The notes under the pieces are model-generated. The model saw only the letters and a list, made by a program, of their open reading frames with translations. It made no database searches and had not been told where the DNA came from. Source: an uncultured Acidobacteriota bacterium (GTDB lineage Bacteria; Acidobacteriota; Thermoanaerobaculia; Multivoradales; JAHEKO01). From it: DNA of 64,000 nucleotides. Location of the stretch: the NCBI GenBank assembly GCA_963713825.1, contig CAVQNG010000003.1, forward strand, positions 1,408,001-1,472,000, given 5' to 3'. The first letter of the stretch is position 1. The number at the start of each line of letters is the position of its first letter. Made by a program: the position numbers and the translations under genes. Of the stretch, positions 18,379-28,239 are shown piece after piece.

Positions 18379-19185
18379 CTATAGAGTCTCCCGAAGGGCT
18401 TCGAATTGGAACTGATGACGCCTGGTGAAAAGGCGCAAATAGCTGAGTAGAACCGCTCCCACGGTGCCGAGGGCAGTCGCCGAGGCAATCAGGAACATGA
18501 TGACGATCTGGTACTTGACGGCCTGGACGGGGGAGACCCCGGCGAGGAGTTGACCGGTCATCATCCCGGGCAGGCTGACGATCCCAACCACCGTCATGGA
18601 ATTGAGGATGGGGATCATCCCCGTGCGGGCGGCCTGACGGATCGCTGGAAGGGCGGCTTCCCACCGAGTGCCGCCAAGCGAGAGAAGCAACTCGACCTGA
18701 TCTCTGCCCTGGGTCAGCGTGTCGGTGAAACGCTCGAGCCCCAGGGAGATTCCTGTCAGAGTGTTGCCGAGGATCATTCCCAGCAACGGAATGGCGTATT
18801 GAGGCAGGTACCAGGGCTCGACGCGCAAGATCGCCCCCAGGGCAAGTCCAGCGATCACCCACGAGCTCACCAGAATCGAGAGAGTCGTGTCCACCCAGAT
18901 GCCCGGATAGCGGTGTGTCGTGCGCCGAACGGCGGCGATACCGGCGATGACTACCATAGCGAAGGCCAGCGCCAGAACGGGTGCCCAGTGGCGCAGTGAG
19001 AACACCTTCTGGAGCACCAGCCCGACAAGCAGAAGCTGCACAGTTGTTCTGAGCGACGCCACCAAGAGGCGCTTACCCAGGCCAAGGCGCAGCGCTACCG
19101 ACAGCATTCCGTTGAAGAGAATCAACAGGGTCGCAAGACCGACCTGGAGGTAGGAAAGCTCGAGGTACGAAGCGGCTTGACTCAT
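18379..19185 (-). CDS. fetB: Iron export ABC transporter permease FetB (YbbM/UPF0014)
   Basis: R..VQL..VG, IP..GM.LGN, GIVSLPGMMTGQLLAG.SP..AV.YQI. Confidence 0.9.
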   Translation of the reverse strand: MSQAASYLELSYLQVGLATLLILFNGMLSVALRLGLGKRLLVASLRTTVQLLLVGLVLQKVFSLRHWAPVLALAFAMVVIAGIAAVRRTTHRYPGIWVDTTLSILVSSWVIAGLALGAILRVEPWYLPQYAIPLLGMILGNTLTGISLGLERFTDTLTQGRDQVELLLSLGGTRWEAALPAIRQAARTGMIPILNSMTVVGIVSLPGMMTGQLLAGVSPVQAVKYQIVIMFLIASATALGTVGAVLLSYLRLFTRRHQFQFEALRETL

Positions 19186-19877
19186 GAGCTCTCCTCGAGT
19201 CGTCCGCGCGCGAGTTTCAGGGTCCGGGCGGCAACGCGCACGACTTGCTCGGGATCGTGGCTCACCCAGAGATAGGTTCGCCTGTCTGACGATGCCGCCT
19301 GCCAGGCCAGAACCAAGTCTTCGACGTTGGCGGCGGAGTCGCGGTCGAGTGCAGCGGTGGGCTCGTCCAGAAGCAGCACGGTCGGTTGTGCAAGGAAGGC
19401 TCTCAGCAAACCGACGATCTGTCGTTCTCCCCCTGAGAGATTGGCACCTTTCTTGGCGAGAAATTCCTCGCCGGCACCAAACGTCTCGAAGAGGTGGAGA
19501 GCTTCATCGCGAGGGAAGGGAACTTTGCTTCGAACCTGCAGGTCGAAGGGAATGCGAAGATTCTCCTCGACCGTTCCTGGCACCAGTGGGGACCCTTGCT
19601 GCAGGTAGGTTACCTGGCTCCGATAGCTCGGAATCTCAGTATCCGCAATGGGGTTCCCTCTCCAGAGAACCTCACCGCTATCGACCGGGTCCAGAAGCGC
19701 CAGGGCACGAAGGATCAAGCTCTTCCCTGACCCAGTGGGACCCACAAGCGCCAACCGATCTCCGGATTCCAGGTCCAGATTGAAGTCCTGGAAGAGCCAG
19801 CTGTCGCCACCAGGGTGACGCCGTCCCAGGTTTTTGGCGCTCAAGAGTGAGTCTCGAAGAATCATGGTGCCTGCCAC
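19182..19877 (-). CDS. fetA: ABC transporter ATP-binding protein (FetA/YbbL-like)
   Basis: GPTGSGKS, LSGGE, LLLDEPT, SHD; coupled to fetB. Confidence 0.82.
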   Translation of the reverse strand: MAGTMILRDSLLSAKNLGRRHPGGDSWLFQDFNLDLESGDRLALVGPTGSGKSLILRALALLDPVDSGEVLWRGNPIADTEIPSYRSQVTYLQQGSPLVPGTVEENLRIPFDLQVRSKVPFPRDEALHLFETFGAGEEFLAKKGANLSGGERQIVGLLRAFLAQPTVLLLDEPTAALDRDSAANVEDLVLAWQAASSDRRTYLWVSHDPEQVVRVAARTLKLARGRLEESS

Positions 19878-20047
19878 GCCACGAACAGTGAGAGTTCAGT
19901 CTCTCATGCCAGGAGCGGTAACCGGCACCATCGCGCCTTCAGTCGATGGGCCGCGGTAAGAGGCTTTCTCGCCATGAGTTGGACGGGTTGATCTGAAAAG
20001 GGGTGAGGTGCCCCCAGCGCGAGAAAGGAGATTTTGGACAGAGGGTG

Positions 20048-22135
20048 CTAGAGCTTTCGCAATAGGTCGACATGTGATCTCTGGCCCATGATCACGAGGT
20101 GATCGCCACGTTGGACAGTCTCGCTAGGGCCGGGCACGAGTTCGACCTGATCGGCCGAGCCTGAATCATGAGAAGGTCGCCGGATCAAGAGAATCTGGAC
20201 GTGATACCGGTTTCGAACATCCAGCTCACCAATCGTTCTGCCGACGAATTCTCCGGGTGCTTCTATCTCCGCGATGAGATGTCCCCCGTCCAGAACTACC
20301 TCCTCCGTTGCTGAAGCAGCAACTCCACTGCTGAGACTCGTCACCATGTCCCGCTTCATGAGTTCTCGACTGTAAGCATCGATGAGGTGCCGGCGATTGA
20401 CGACACCGACAAGGTGGCTCCGATCGGCGGAGTCGACGACGGGTAGTTCCTCGCGATCCTTGCCACCGAAAATACGCATGACCCTGTCGAGGTCCTGGTC
20501 TGGAGTCACCCTTGGAACATCCGCCCGAGCCAGGTCACCAACAACGGAGATCTCTGAGAAGGTATCTGCGTTGAGGAGAGCGTGCCGGAGCTCCGAAAAG
20601 GCAATTACACCCTGAAGGTTCCCGCTGCTGTCCGTGGTGTAGTAATACGAACGAGGGCTATCTGCGAATTGTTCAAGAAGCTCCGGTATGGGAGTGTCGG
20701 CTGGGAGCGTTGCCAAGTCGTCATCCATGACCTCTTGGACGCGCAGCGACCGTAAGACATTGACCTCCCGCCCGCGAAACAGATCGGCTCCCCGCCGATA
20801 TAGCTTCATGGTGTAGATCGACTCTCTCTTGAGGCGACTCGACACCAGGCTGGCGATAATGCACGAAGCCATCAATGGAACTATGAGTTTGTAGTCTGAT
20901 GTCAACTCGAAGATGATCAGAATCGCGGTGATCGGAGCGTGAGTGGTGCCCGCCACGACGGCACCCATCCCAACCAGGGCATAGGCCCCAGAGCTTGCAG
21001 TCGCGCCCGGATACAACTGGTGAGCAAGATTGCCGAGGAAACCTCCTGACATCGCACCCAGGAACAGGGATGGGGCGAAAATCCCTCCCGAGCCACCAGA
21101 TCCCAGCGTGACACTGGTGGCGAACAGCTTTGCTACAACTAGAACCGCCAGAAGACCGAGCGTCAGCTCTCCGGTGAGCGCCTGATTGATGGTTTCGTAG
21201 CCTACGCCGAGGACCTGGGGGAATAGAAGGCCGATGGCGCCCACCATCAATCCACCGAAGGCTGGCAGTAGCCAGGGCTTTACAGGCAAGGACTCCATGA
21301 GATCCTCGACGCCATAGAGAACCCGAATGAACACTTGCGCCGCGACGGCTGCCAGCAACCCCAGGAGCAAGTAGAGGGGGAGTTCCCAGGCACTTTCCAT
21401 TCTGTAGGTGGGCACAACGAAGGCCGGGAAGTCGCCCAAGAAATGCCGCGAGACGACCGTTGCCATCACCGATGAGATGACAATGGGGCTGAACTGCGAG
21501 ACACCGAAGTCTCCGAGGATGATCTCGACAGCAAAAAGGGCGCCGGCCACCGGAGCGTTGAAGGTAGCGGCGATTCCAGCAGCTGCGCCGCAGCCCGCAA
21601 GAGTCCTGAGCCGCCGTCCTGAGATGCGGAGCCACTGGCCGATCGTCGACCCCAGGGCGGCACCGATTTGGACGATCGGACCCTCACGACCAACCGATCC
21701 ACCAGTGCCGATACAAATAGCGGACGCCACGCTCTTGACCGCGACTAGGCGCGCCCGGATAAATCCCGATCGCAGGGCCACCGCCTCCATGACCTCAGGA
21801 ACACCATGTCCCTTGGCCTCGCGGGCGAGAAAGTAGACAAGCGGCCCAACGATCAACCCCCCAACTGCTGGGGTGAGCAACCTCCACAACCATGGGTGGG
21901 CCTCAACGAGCGCCAGATCGTATGACCAACTACCCCAGGCCCCTCTCTGAACTACTTTGATGAGAAAGCGAAAGGCTACTGCGCCTAGGCCTCCCAAGGC
22001 GCCAATGATGACAGCGAGCACCACCATGAACGTGTGCTCGGCCATCTTGGCCCTGTTCAGAAGGTAACCGAGGAGGAGCCCGGCACCACGCGGTTGGCTT
22101 CTCGACTCGATGTCGGGCCGGAGGGTGCCGGTCAC
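20048..22135 (-). CDS. ClC chloride channel/transporter with CBS pair and C-terminal TrkA-C (RCK_C) domain
   Basis: GHGVPE, GREGP and GIFAP signatures; CBS repeats; FVGRTIGELDVR..GD.L C-terminus. Confidence 0.92.
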   Translation of the reverse strand: MTGTLRPDIESRSQPRGAGLLLGYLLNRAKMAEHTFMVVLAVIIGALGGLGAVAFRFLIKVVQRGAWGSWSYDLALVEAHPWLWRLLTPAVGGLIVGPLVYFLAREAKGHGVPEVMEAVALRSGFIRARLVAVKSVASAICIGTGGSVGREGPIVQIGAALGSTIGQWLRISGRRLRTLAGCGAAAGIAATFNAPVAGALFAVEIILGDFGVSQFSPIVISSVMATVVSRHFLGDFPAFVVPTYRMESAWELPLYLLLGLLAAVAAQVFIRVLYGVEDLMESLPVKPWLLPAFGGLMVGAIGLLFPQVLGVGYETINQALTGELTLGLLAVLVVAKLFATSVTLGSGGSGGIFAPSLFLGAMSGGFLGNLAHQLYPGATASSGAYALVGMGAVVAGTTHAPITAILIIFELTSDYKLIVPLMASCIIASLVSSRLKRESIYTMKLYRRGADLFRGREVNVLRSLRVQEVMDDDLATLPADTPIPELLEQFADSPRSYYYTTDSSGNLQGVIAFSELRHALLNADTFSEISVVGDLARADVPRVTPDQDLDRVMRIFGGKDREELPVVDSADRSHLVGVVNRRHLIDAYSRELMKRDMVTSLSSGVAASATEEVVLDGGHLIAEIEAPGEFVGRTIGELDVRNRYHVQILLIRRPSHDSGSADQVELVPGPSETVQRGDHLVIMGQRSHVDLLRKL

Positions 22136-22168
22136 TCGGTCTGCCCTCTCCTCCCTCCGTGAAGGCGC

Positions 22169-22708
22169 TCAATCCACAATGAGGCCGCCTTTTACGACCA
22201 TGTTGTTGAGCCGGGTCGTCAGACTTTGTAGGAGCTCGTGGGCGATGACGGGATCTGCGCGGACCGCGGCTCGCGCATCCTCGAGGTCCTCTAAAGGGGG
22301 TTCCATCTCGCGGAGAAGCTTGCCGTGGTCGACTCGAGCGATGGCCGTCAGGCGGCTCTCGGCGAGGTCCAATTCCTCTTCGGCTCTGTCGAGTTTGTCG
22401 AGATTGAAGAACAGAAGGGCGTTGTAGGAGTGCTCCCGCGCTTCCAGCAAGGGAAGGTAGAAATCGAGGAGATGTCGCAACGATCGGTCGGCACCCCTCA
22501 AGAGCACGGCAGCCTCCTCGGGGTTTGATCCCAAAACCGGGACGGCTGCTTCAACAGCAGATGCCGCCCTTTCCACTTCCTCTCGCAGCGCGTGCCCCGC
22601 CGATCGCTCCAAGATCGGCTGCCAGTCGACGTCGGGTTGATCACATGCGCCAGCCACCCAAAGCACCATCAAGGGAAGGTACTTCCACCAACTTGTTGAG
22701 GCTTTCAT
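22169..22708 (-). CDS. Hypothetical helical lipoprotein
   Basis: ATG 22708 after GGAG; lipobox AGAC; amphipathic helices; lies between kup and clc in one orientation. Confidence 0.65.
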   Translation of the reverse strand: MKASTSWWKYLPLMVLWVAGACDQPDVDWQPILERSAGHALREEVERAASAVEAAVPVLGSNPEEAAVLLRGADRSLRHLLDFYLPLLEAREHSYNALLFFNLDKLDRAEEELDLAESRLTAIARVDHGKLLREMEPPLEDLEDARAAVRADPVIAHELLQSLTTRLNNMVVKGGLIVD

Positions 22709-22727
22709 CTCGGGTCTCCCTTCGTCC

Positions 22728-24704
22728 TCAGATCTCGACTTGCAACCCCAGTTCCACGACCTGTCCTGGAGAGATACCAAAGTGGAGCGTCGGCCCTTGC
22801 GCGTTTCTCGAAACCAGAGCAAAGAAGTGCTTTCGCCACTGGGACATACCAGGCTTCTTGGTCACGATCAACGTCTCTCGACCGAGGTAGACGGAAATCC
22901 TGCCGGTTCTTTCGAGGATCCCCTCTGTCCGAAGTAGGGTGAGGACCTCAGTGAGATTCGGGTGTTCCATGTAGCCCCAATGAGATGCGACACGGAGAAA
23001 TCCGGCTTGCAGCTCGGTGACTTCGAGTCGCTCGGCCGGGAGCAACCGCGGTACCTCGTCGGTCAGCATGGTGACGATCAGCACCTGGTTGTGGAGGACC
23101 TGATTGTGTTTGATGTTGTGCAGAAGAGATCTCGGGACACCTTTGGTATTGGAGTCCATGAAAACGGCGGTTCCTTGAACCCGACAAATCGAATGATGAG
23201 CCAGGCTCTCGAGGAACTGTTCAGCGGAGACACGGGCCGTGGTGAGCCGTTCAGCGAGCAGGGTGCGTCCTCGTTTCCAGGTCGTCATCAGCACGTAGAC
23301 GATGACCGCAACCACCAGTGGAAACCATCCTCCTTGTGGGATCTTGACGAGATTGGCGCCAAAGAACCCAAGGTCGACGACGAGCAGCAGCGCCGTCAAG
23401 GAGGTGGCGCTGACCAGGCCCCAGCCCCAGACCCGCCGTGAGCAGACGAATGCCAGGAGTGTTGTTACCACCATCGTGGTGGTCACGGCGACTCCATATG
23501 CGCCGGCGAGATTGCTGGAGGATCGGAAGCCGAGGACCAGCCCAACGGTAGCGATCAGCAGTACCCAGTTAACCAGAGGAACGTAGACCTGGCCGATCTG
23601 GTGCGGCGAAGAGTGGCGGACCTCGATACGCGGTAGAAACCCGAGGCGCAACGCTTGCTTGGTGAGCGAAAAGGCACCGGATATCACGGCCTGCGATGCG
23701 ATCACAGTCGCAGCCGTGGCAAGTATCAGGAGCGGATAAAGCAACCACTCCGGAGCCAGCAAGTAGAACGGGTTGCTTACGGCATCTGGATTTCTCAGCA
23801 GCAATGCTCCCTGTCCGAAGTAGTTCAGCATCAAGGCTGGGAAGACGACCCAAAACCAGGCGAGGCGGATAGGCTCGAGACCGAAGTGCCCCATGTCAGC
23901 GTAGAGCGCCTCGCCACCCGTGACGACGAGGAACACCGCTCCAAGTACCAGAAAACCGGCCAGGCCATTGGCCATGAAGAAATGAGCGGCGTGAATTGGA
24001 TTGATCGCGAGAAGCACCCGCGGCGTTTCGATCAGAGAGACTGCACCGAGGGTGGCGATGCAGAGGAACCATAGGAGGGTCACCGGCCCGAAGAGCGCGC
24101 CAACGGCCCCGGTGCCCTTGCGCTGCAGCAGAAACAACCCAATCAAGATCCCGATCGCGAGTGGAATCACGACATGGCTTAGCGCTGGTGTGGCGACCTC
24201 GAGTCCCTCAACGGCGCTCAGAACCGAGATTGCCGGAGTGATCATGCCGTCGCCGTAGAGCAGGGCAGAGCCGAAGAGTCCCAGCCCCACGAGGACTGTC
24301 CGACTACGGGACGGGGAAACGAGGCGGGGTGCGACCAGGGTCAGGAGCGCGAGAATCCCTCCCTCACCGCGATTGTCCGCCCGCATCACGTACAGCAGGT
24401 ACTTGAGGGAGATGACGAGTACAAGCGACCATGCAATCAGCGAGAGAACGCCGAAGATGTTCGCTTCGGTGGCAGCCATTCGCCAACTACCAGAGAAGCA
24501 CTCGCGGAGAGCATAGAGAGGGCTGGTCCCGATGTCGCCATAGACCACTCCAAGTGCTCCCAGGGCCAGAACCCACCGCCTGTCCCGCTTGCCAGGTCGC
24601 TGCTCCGACTCTGGCGGTCTCGGTGCAACTCCCTGAGGTTCTGATTCGGGCGAACCACCGCGGTCTGGCTCATGCTGTTCTGGTTGGCTGGGCTCCGCAC
24701 TCAT
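22728..24704 (-). CDS. kup: KUP family potassium uptake transporter
   Basis: ALGVVYGDIGTSPLY, NRGEGG, GDGMITPAISVLSAVEG, TGGEALYADMGHFG. Confidence 0.96.
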   Translation of the reverse strand: MSAEPSQPEQHEPDRGGSPESEPQGVAPRPPESEQRPGKRDRRWVLALGALGVVYGDIGTSPLYALRECFSGSWRMAATEANIFGVLSLIAWSLVLVISLKYLLYVMRADNRGEGGILALLTLVAPRLVSPSRSRTVLVGLGLFGSALLYGDGMITPAISVLSAVEGLEVATPALSHVVIPLAIGILIGLFLLQRKGTGAVGALFGPVTLLWFLCIATLGAVSLIETPRVLLAINPIHAAHFFMANGLAGFLVLGAVFLVVTGGEALYADMGHFGLEPIRLAWFWVVFPALMLNYFGQGALLLRNPDAVSNPFYLLAPEWLLYPLLILATAATVIASQAVISGAFSLTKQALRLGFLPRIEVRHSSPHQIGQVYVPLVNWVLLIATVGLVLGFRSSSNLAGAYGVAVTTTMVVTTLLAFVCSRRVWGWGLVSATSLTALLLVVDLGFFGANLVKIPQGGWFPLVVAVIVYVLMTTWKRGRTLLAERLTTARVSAEQFLESLAHHSICRVQGTAVFMDSNTKGVPRSLLHNIKHNQVLHNQVLIVTMLTDEVPRLLPAERLEVTELQAGFLRVASHWGYMEHPNLTEVLTLLRTEGILERTGRISVYLGRETLIVTKKPGMSQWRKHFFALVSRNAQGPTLHFGISPGQVVELGLQVEI

Positions 24705-24758
24705 AGTGGCGATCGCTGAGCTGATGGTCTTCAGGGACTCGACTGGGAGGGGAAGCGC

Positions 24759-25196
24759 TCAATGTCTCTCGGGGAGTGTCGCCACTCGATGAGAGAGGGT
24801 CTCCTCGACGGTCTCCATCAGGTCGACCAACTCAAAGGGTTTGTCGATGACTACGGCACCAAGCTCTGCGGCTCTCCGGTGGATCTGATCGTCCCCAAAG
24901 GCCGTGATGAGAATCGTGGGAGGGAGGAGGCGACTTACCCGCTGCAGTCCCTGCATGACCTCCAGGCCCGTCATGTGGGGCATCCGAACGTCGGACACGA
25001 GCAAGTCGTATTTACTTCCCGGGCCGGACTGCGTCGAAAGCTGGTACAAGAGATCAGGCCCGTTGCAGGCCTCTGCCACTTGAAAACCTCTCTTTTTCAG
25101 TGCCCAGACCAAGAGACGTCTCATCTCCTTGTTGTCTTCGGCGACTAGAACTCTCAAGGTCTCTCCGGGGTATCTCTCTGCTCGTGCTTCTGTCAC
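24759..25196 (-). CDS. Single-domain response regulator (receiver only)
   Basis: VLVAED, LVSDVRMP, ITAF, KPF. Start placed at GTG 25196 behind a GGGAGG RBS and downstream of the sigma54 promoter. Confidence 0.85.
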   Translation of the reverse strand: MTEARAERYPGETLRVLVAEDNKEMRRLLVWALKKRGFQVAEACNGPDLLYQLSTQSGPGSKYDLLVSDVRMPHMTGLEVMQGLQRVSRLLPPTILITAFGDDQIHRRAAELGAVVIDKPFELVDLMETVEETLSHRVATLPERH

Positions 25197-25238
25197 GGTG
25201 ATCCTCCCAAGGTTCGTAGGTCGAACAGAGGTGATCAG

Positions 25239-25254
25239 AGCAGGATCGATGCCA
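25239..25254 (-). promoter_or_regulatory. sigma54 (-24/-12) promoter of the receiver-kup-clc operon
   Basis: TGGCATCGATCCTGCT (GG-N10-GC), about 40 nt upstream of the GTG start. Confidence 0.7.
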
Positions 25255-25378
25255 TGTCCGAGATGCGTTCGTTCACGCGCCAACAGTCATCTCGTGGAGG
25301 GCCGCACAAGCTGCTGCGACGGGTTCCTATCGTCGATACTCGCTTCCCGACAATCGGCGTTGTTCTTATCCCCCGTCT

Positions 25379-25412
25379 GGGTCAAAATGCCACAGTGGGG
25401 CAGATATCCTCG
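25379..25412. promoter_or_regulatory. Putative enhancer (UAS) for the adjacent sigma54 activator
   Basis: GGGTCAAAATGCCAC and GGGGCAGATATCCTC, two pseudo-palindromes with an 18-bp period; matches 28448-28481. Confidence 0.6.
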
Positions 25413-25423
25413 GGGTTGAATGG

Positions 25424-26863
25424 ATGAGACTCGCGACGAAATTCGTTGTGGTCTTCGTCGCTGGGACAGTGACGGTTCTGCTGGTCTTCGGACTCTTTGC
25501 AGTTGACCGAGAGCGCACTCTCTTCGAGAAGGATGTTGAGCGAGACACTCGGATAGTTGGCCGATCTATCGGGGTCGCGATAGCCGATGTTTGGAGCGAT
25601 CAGGGTGAGGAGACGGCGCAGAAGCTGATTGAGGACCTCAATGAAGAAGAGCCGGATGTTGTTGTGCGGTGGGTCCCACCGAGGGAGATCCCCGAGGTTC
25701 TTGGCGCTTTGGCATCACCGGTCGACTTCAGAGAACGATTGTCACGCGGCGAAGTGATCTCGCTCAGGCGCCCGGAGGGTGCGAAGCAAGCGGTCTTGGC
25801 CTTTGTTCCAGTCGAGAAGGATGGCCAGCTAATAGGTGTACTCGAAGTCAGTGAGTCACTTCATTCGGCTGATGCTTACACCAGCGCGACGATAGTGAGA
25901 TTCGTATCATTGGCCGCTGCTATCTCCCTGTTGGCTGCCTGTTTGGCAATACCGATTGGCATCAGGTTCGTGGGCTCGCCCCTCAACAAGCTGGTCGCAA
26001 AGACTCGACGTGCCGGTCGAGGAGACTTCTCAGGTGAACTCGAGATTGGCGCCAAGGATGAGCTTGGTGAGCTCGCCGAGGCGGTGAACTCCATGTGTTC
26101 GGACCTGACGCGTTCCCAGCGACGAATCGGCGAAGAGTCCGAGGCTCGAATCGCGGCCCTTGAGCAACTTCGCCACGAAGATCGTCTGAAGACAGTCGGC
26201 AGGCTGGCATCGGGAGTTGCACACGAACTGGGAACGCCGTTGAACGTGATCGGTGGGCGAGCCGGCTTGATTGAAGAGGGCGAGCTCGACGACACTGAGA
26301 TCGCCGACGCGGCGCGAATCATCAAGCAGCAAGCGGACACCATGACAGCGATCGTGCGCCAGCTCCTGGATTTCGCACGACGACGAGCTCCTGAGAAATC
26401 ACGGGTGGATCTCGCACCCGTCGTGGAACAGTCACTCGAATTGCTTCGGCCCATGGCCAGGAAACAGGGTGTCGGCCTCGCCTTTGAAGCGGGGCATGAG
26501 TCTCTGGAGGCGGATGTCGATGCCGGCCAGCTGCAGCAGGTGATGACGAATCTGGTATTGAACGCGATCCAGGCGAGCTCTTCTGGCGACGAAGTTGTGG
26601 TCACGCTCGAAGCAACCGGAGGTGGCCCCGCGAGGTCTACCTGCCTGGTGGTGCAAGACCAGGGACAGGGAATCTCGCCAGAGGATTTTCCCCACATCTT
26701 CGAGCCCTTCTTTACTACAAAGGAGACCGGAGAGGGCACAGGGCTCGGTTTGTCGCTGGTGTACGGCATAGTGCAAGAACACGGCGGAAGGGTGGAGGTG
26801 ATCAGTAGTCTCGCCAAAGGAACGCGATTCGAGGTCTATTTGCCAAGAGAGGGAGAGCCATGA
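25424..26863 (+). CDS. Membrane sensor histidine kinase (HAMP-HisKA-HATPase)
   Basis: Two TM helices, DELGELA HAMP, AHELGTPL H-box, N-box NLVLNAIQA, DQGQGI, FFTTK, GTGLGL. Confidence 0.95.
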   Translation: MRLATKFVVVFVAGTVTVLLVFGLFAVDRERTLFEKDVERDTRIVGRSIGVAIADVWSDQGEETAQKLIEDLNEEEPDVVVRWVPPREIPEVLGALASPVDFRERLSRGEVISLRRPEGAKQAVLAFVPVEKDGQLIGVLEVSESLHSADAYTSATIVRFVSLAAAISLLAACLAIPIGIRFVGSPLNKLVAKTRRAGRGDFSGELEIGAKDELGELAEAVNSMCSDLTRSQRRIGEESEARIAALEQLRHEDRLKTVGRLASGVAHELGTPLNVIGGRAGLIEEGELDDTEIADAARIIKQQADTMTAIVRQLLDFARRRAPEKSRVDLAPVVEQSLELLRPMARKQGVGLAFEAGHESLEADVDAGQLQQVMTNLVLNAIQASSSGDEVVVTLEATGGGPARSTCLVVQDQGQGISPEDFPHIFEPFFTTKETGEGTGLGLSLVYGIVQEHGGRVEVISSLAKGTRFEVYLPREGEP

Positions 26864-28239
26864 AACGGCTGGTGCTCGTAGTCGACGACGAAGAGTCGAT
26901 GTGTTCGTTGATTCAAGACGACCTCCAGAGGCGGGGACTCGATGTCATCGTGGCAACCGAGCCAGAGACTGCGATTCAGCGACTGGAAAGCATGGACATT
27001 GACACGGTCATTACAGACCTGATCATGCCCTCCATGAGTGGCATAGAACTGTGCAGGAGCGTAGTTGACAGTCATCCCGATGTGCCGGTCATTGTCCTGA
27101 CTGCCTTTGGAAGTCTCGAGACTGCCACCGAGGCCATCCGCGCTGGTGCCTTCGACTTCGTCACCAAGCCTGTCGAAAGGGACCTTCTAGCGATCGCTGT
27201 CGAGAGGGCGTTGCGCCATCGGGAGCTTCAGGAGAAGCTGCTGCAGCTGAGTGAAGAGGTTGAACGTTCACGCCGACTGGGTGATCTCCTGGGCGAGAGC
27301 GAACCCATGCGCAAGCTGTTCGATCAGATCGGTCGAGTCGCCGACTCTGAGGCAACGATTCTCGTTTCCGGGGAGAGCGGAACTGGCAAGGAGCTGGTGG
27401 CGAGAGCTCTGCATGAGGGCAGCCGGAGGGAGAGAGGTTCGCTGGTGTCAGTGAATTGCGCTGCCCTCCCGGAGAACCTGCTGGAGAGTGAGCTCTTCGG
27501 CCATACGCGCGGAGCGTTCAGTGGTGCCGAGACTGCGCGAAAGGGCCTGTTTCTGAAAGCAGACGGAGGCACCCTTTACCTGGACGAGATCAGCGAGCTC
27601 CCATTGTCCTTGCAGCCGAAACTACTACGGGCCCTCGAAGAGAGGCGAGTTCGGCCCGTCGGAAGCGACCGTGAGGTGTCTTTTGATGCGAGGGTCATCG
27701 CCGCAACGAATCGGAACCTGGAGGGGCTGGTAGAAGAGGGCGAGTTTCGAAAGGACCTTTACTATCGGATCAATGTGATCGAGCTTGAAGTGCCGCGACT
27801 TCGGGCACGGGGAAACGACGTCCTGTTGCTGGCACAGCACTTTGTTGGAGAACTCGCTGAGAAGACCGGGAAGGACGTCGTCGGCCTATCTGAACGAGTG
27901 GCCGAGCTCCTCTTGTCCTACGACTGGCCTGGAAATGTCCGAGAGCTGCGTAATGCCATGGAAAGAGCTGTAGCCCTTACGCGAACCGAACAGATTTCAC
28001 TTGACGAGCTTCCCGAGAGCATTCGCCAACATCGGTCCAAGAGGCTCATTCTGGACCAAGGAGAGGGAGAGGAACTGCTGCCGCTCGAGGAGGTCGAAAA
28101 ACGCTACATTCTCCACGCACTGCAGGCGCTGGGCGGGAACAAGACGCTCACAGCTCAAGCTCTCGGTTGCGATCGGAAGACGCTCTACCGAAAACTGGGT
28201 TCTTATGGGATATTGCTCGGCTCCGATTCAGGCAAGTAG
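26860..28239 (+). CDS. sigma54-dependent response regulator (NtrC/ZraR-type enhancer-binding protein)
   Basis: Receiver domain, GESGTGKE, ESELFGH..GAFSGA, LDEI, WPGNVREL, Fis-type HTH (TLYRKL). Confidence 0.95.
   Translation: MKRLVLVVDDEESMCSLIQDDLQRRGLDVIVATEPETAIQRLESMDIDTVITDLIMPSMSGIELCRSVVDSHPDVPVIVLTAFGSLETATEAIRAGAFDFVTKPVERDLLAIAVERALRHRELQEKLLQLSEEVERSRRLGDLLGESEPMRKLFDQIGRVADSEATILVSGESGTGKELVARALHEGSRRERGSLVSVNCAALPENLLESELFGHTRGAFSGAETARKGLFLKADGGTLYLDEISELPLSLQPKLLRALEERRVRPVGSDREVSFDARVIAATNRNLEGLVEEGEFRKDLYYRINVIELEVPRLRARGNDVLLLAQHFVGELAEKTGKDVVGLSERVAELLLSYDWPGNVRELRNAMERAVALTRTEQISLDELPESIRQHRSKRLILDQGEGEELLPLEEVEKRYILHALQALGGNKTLTAQALGCDRKTLYRKLGSYGILLGSDSGK

Noticed and set aside
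19880-19945. GCGATGGTG on the minus strand resembling a fluoride (crcB) riboswitch near the ClC gene
   Set aside because: The P1 closing strand and the GCUGAUG..CU 3' element are missing, it lies downstream of clc, and the ClC lacks fluoride-type signatures.
24705-25420. c-di-AMP (ydaO) riboswitch upstream of kup
   Set aside because: No recognisable consensus was found; the region is explained by the receiver gene, the sigma54 promoter and the UAS.
27505-27530. GAFSGA instead of GAFTGA as a sign of a sigma54-independent regulator
   Set aside because: T-to-S is a conservative variant, and two sigma54 promoters with UASs flank the gene.
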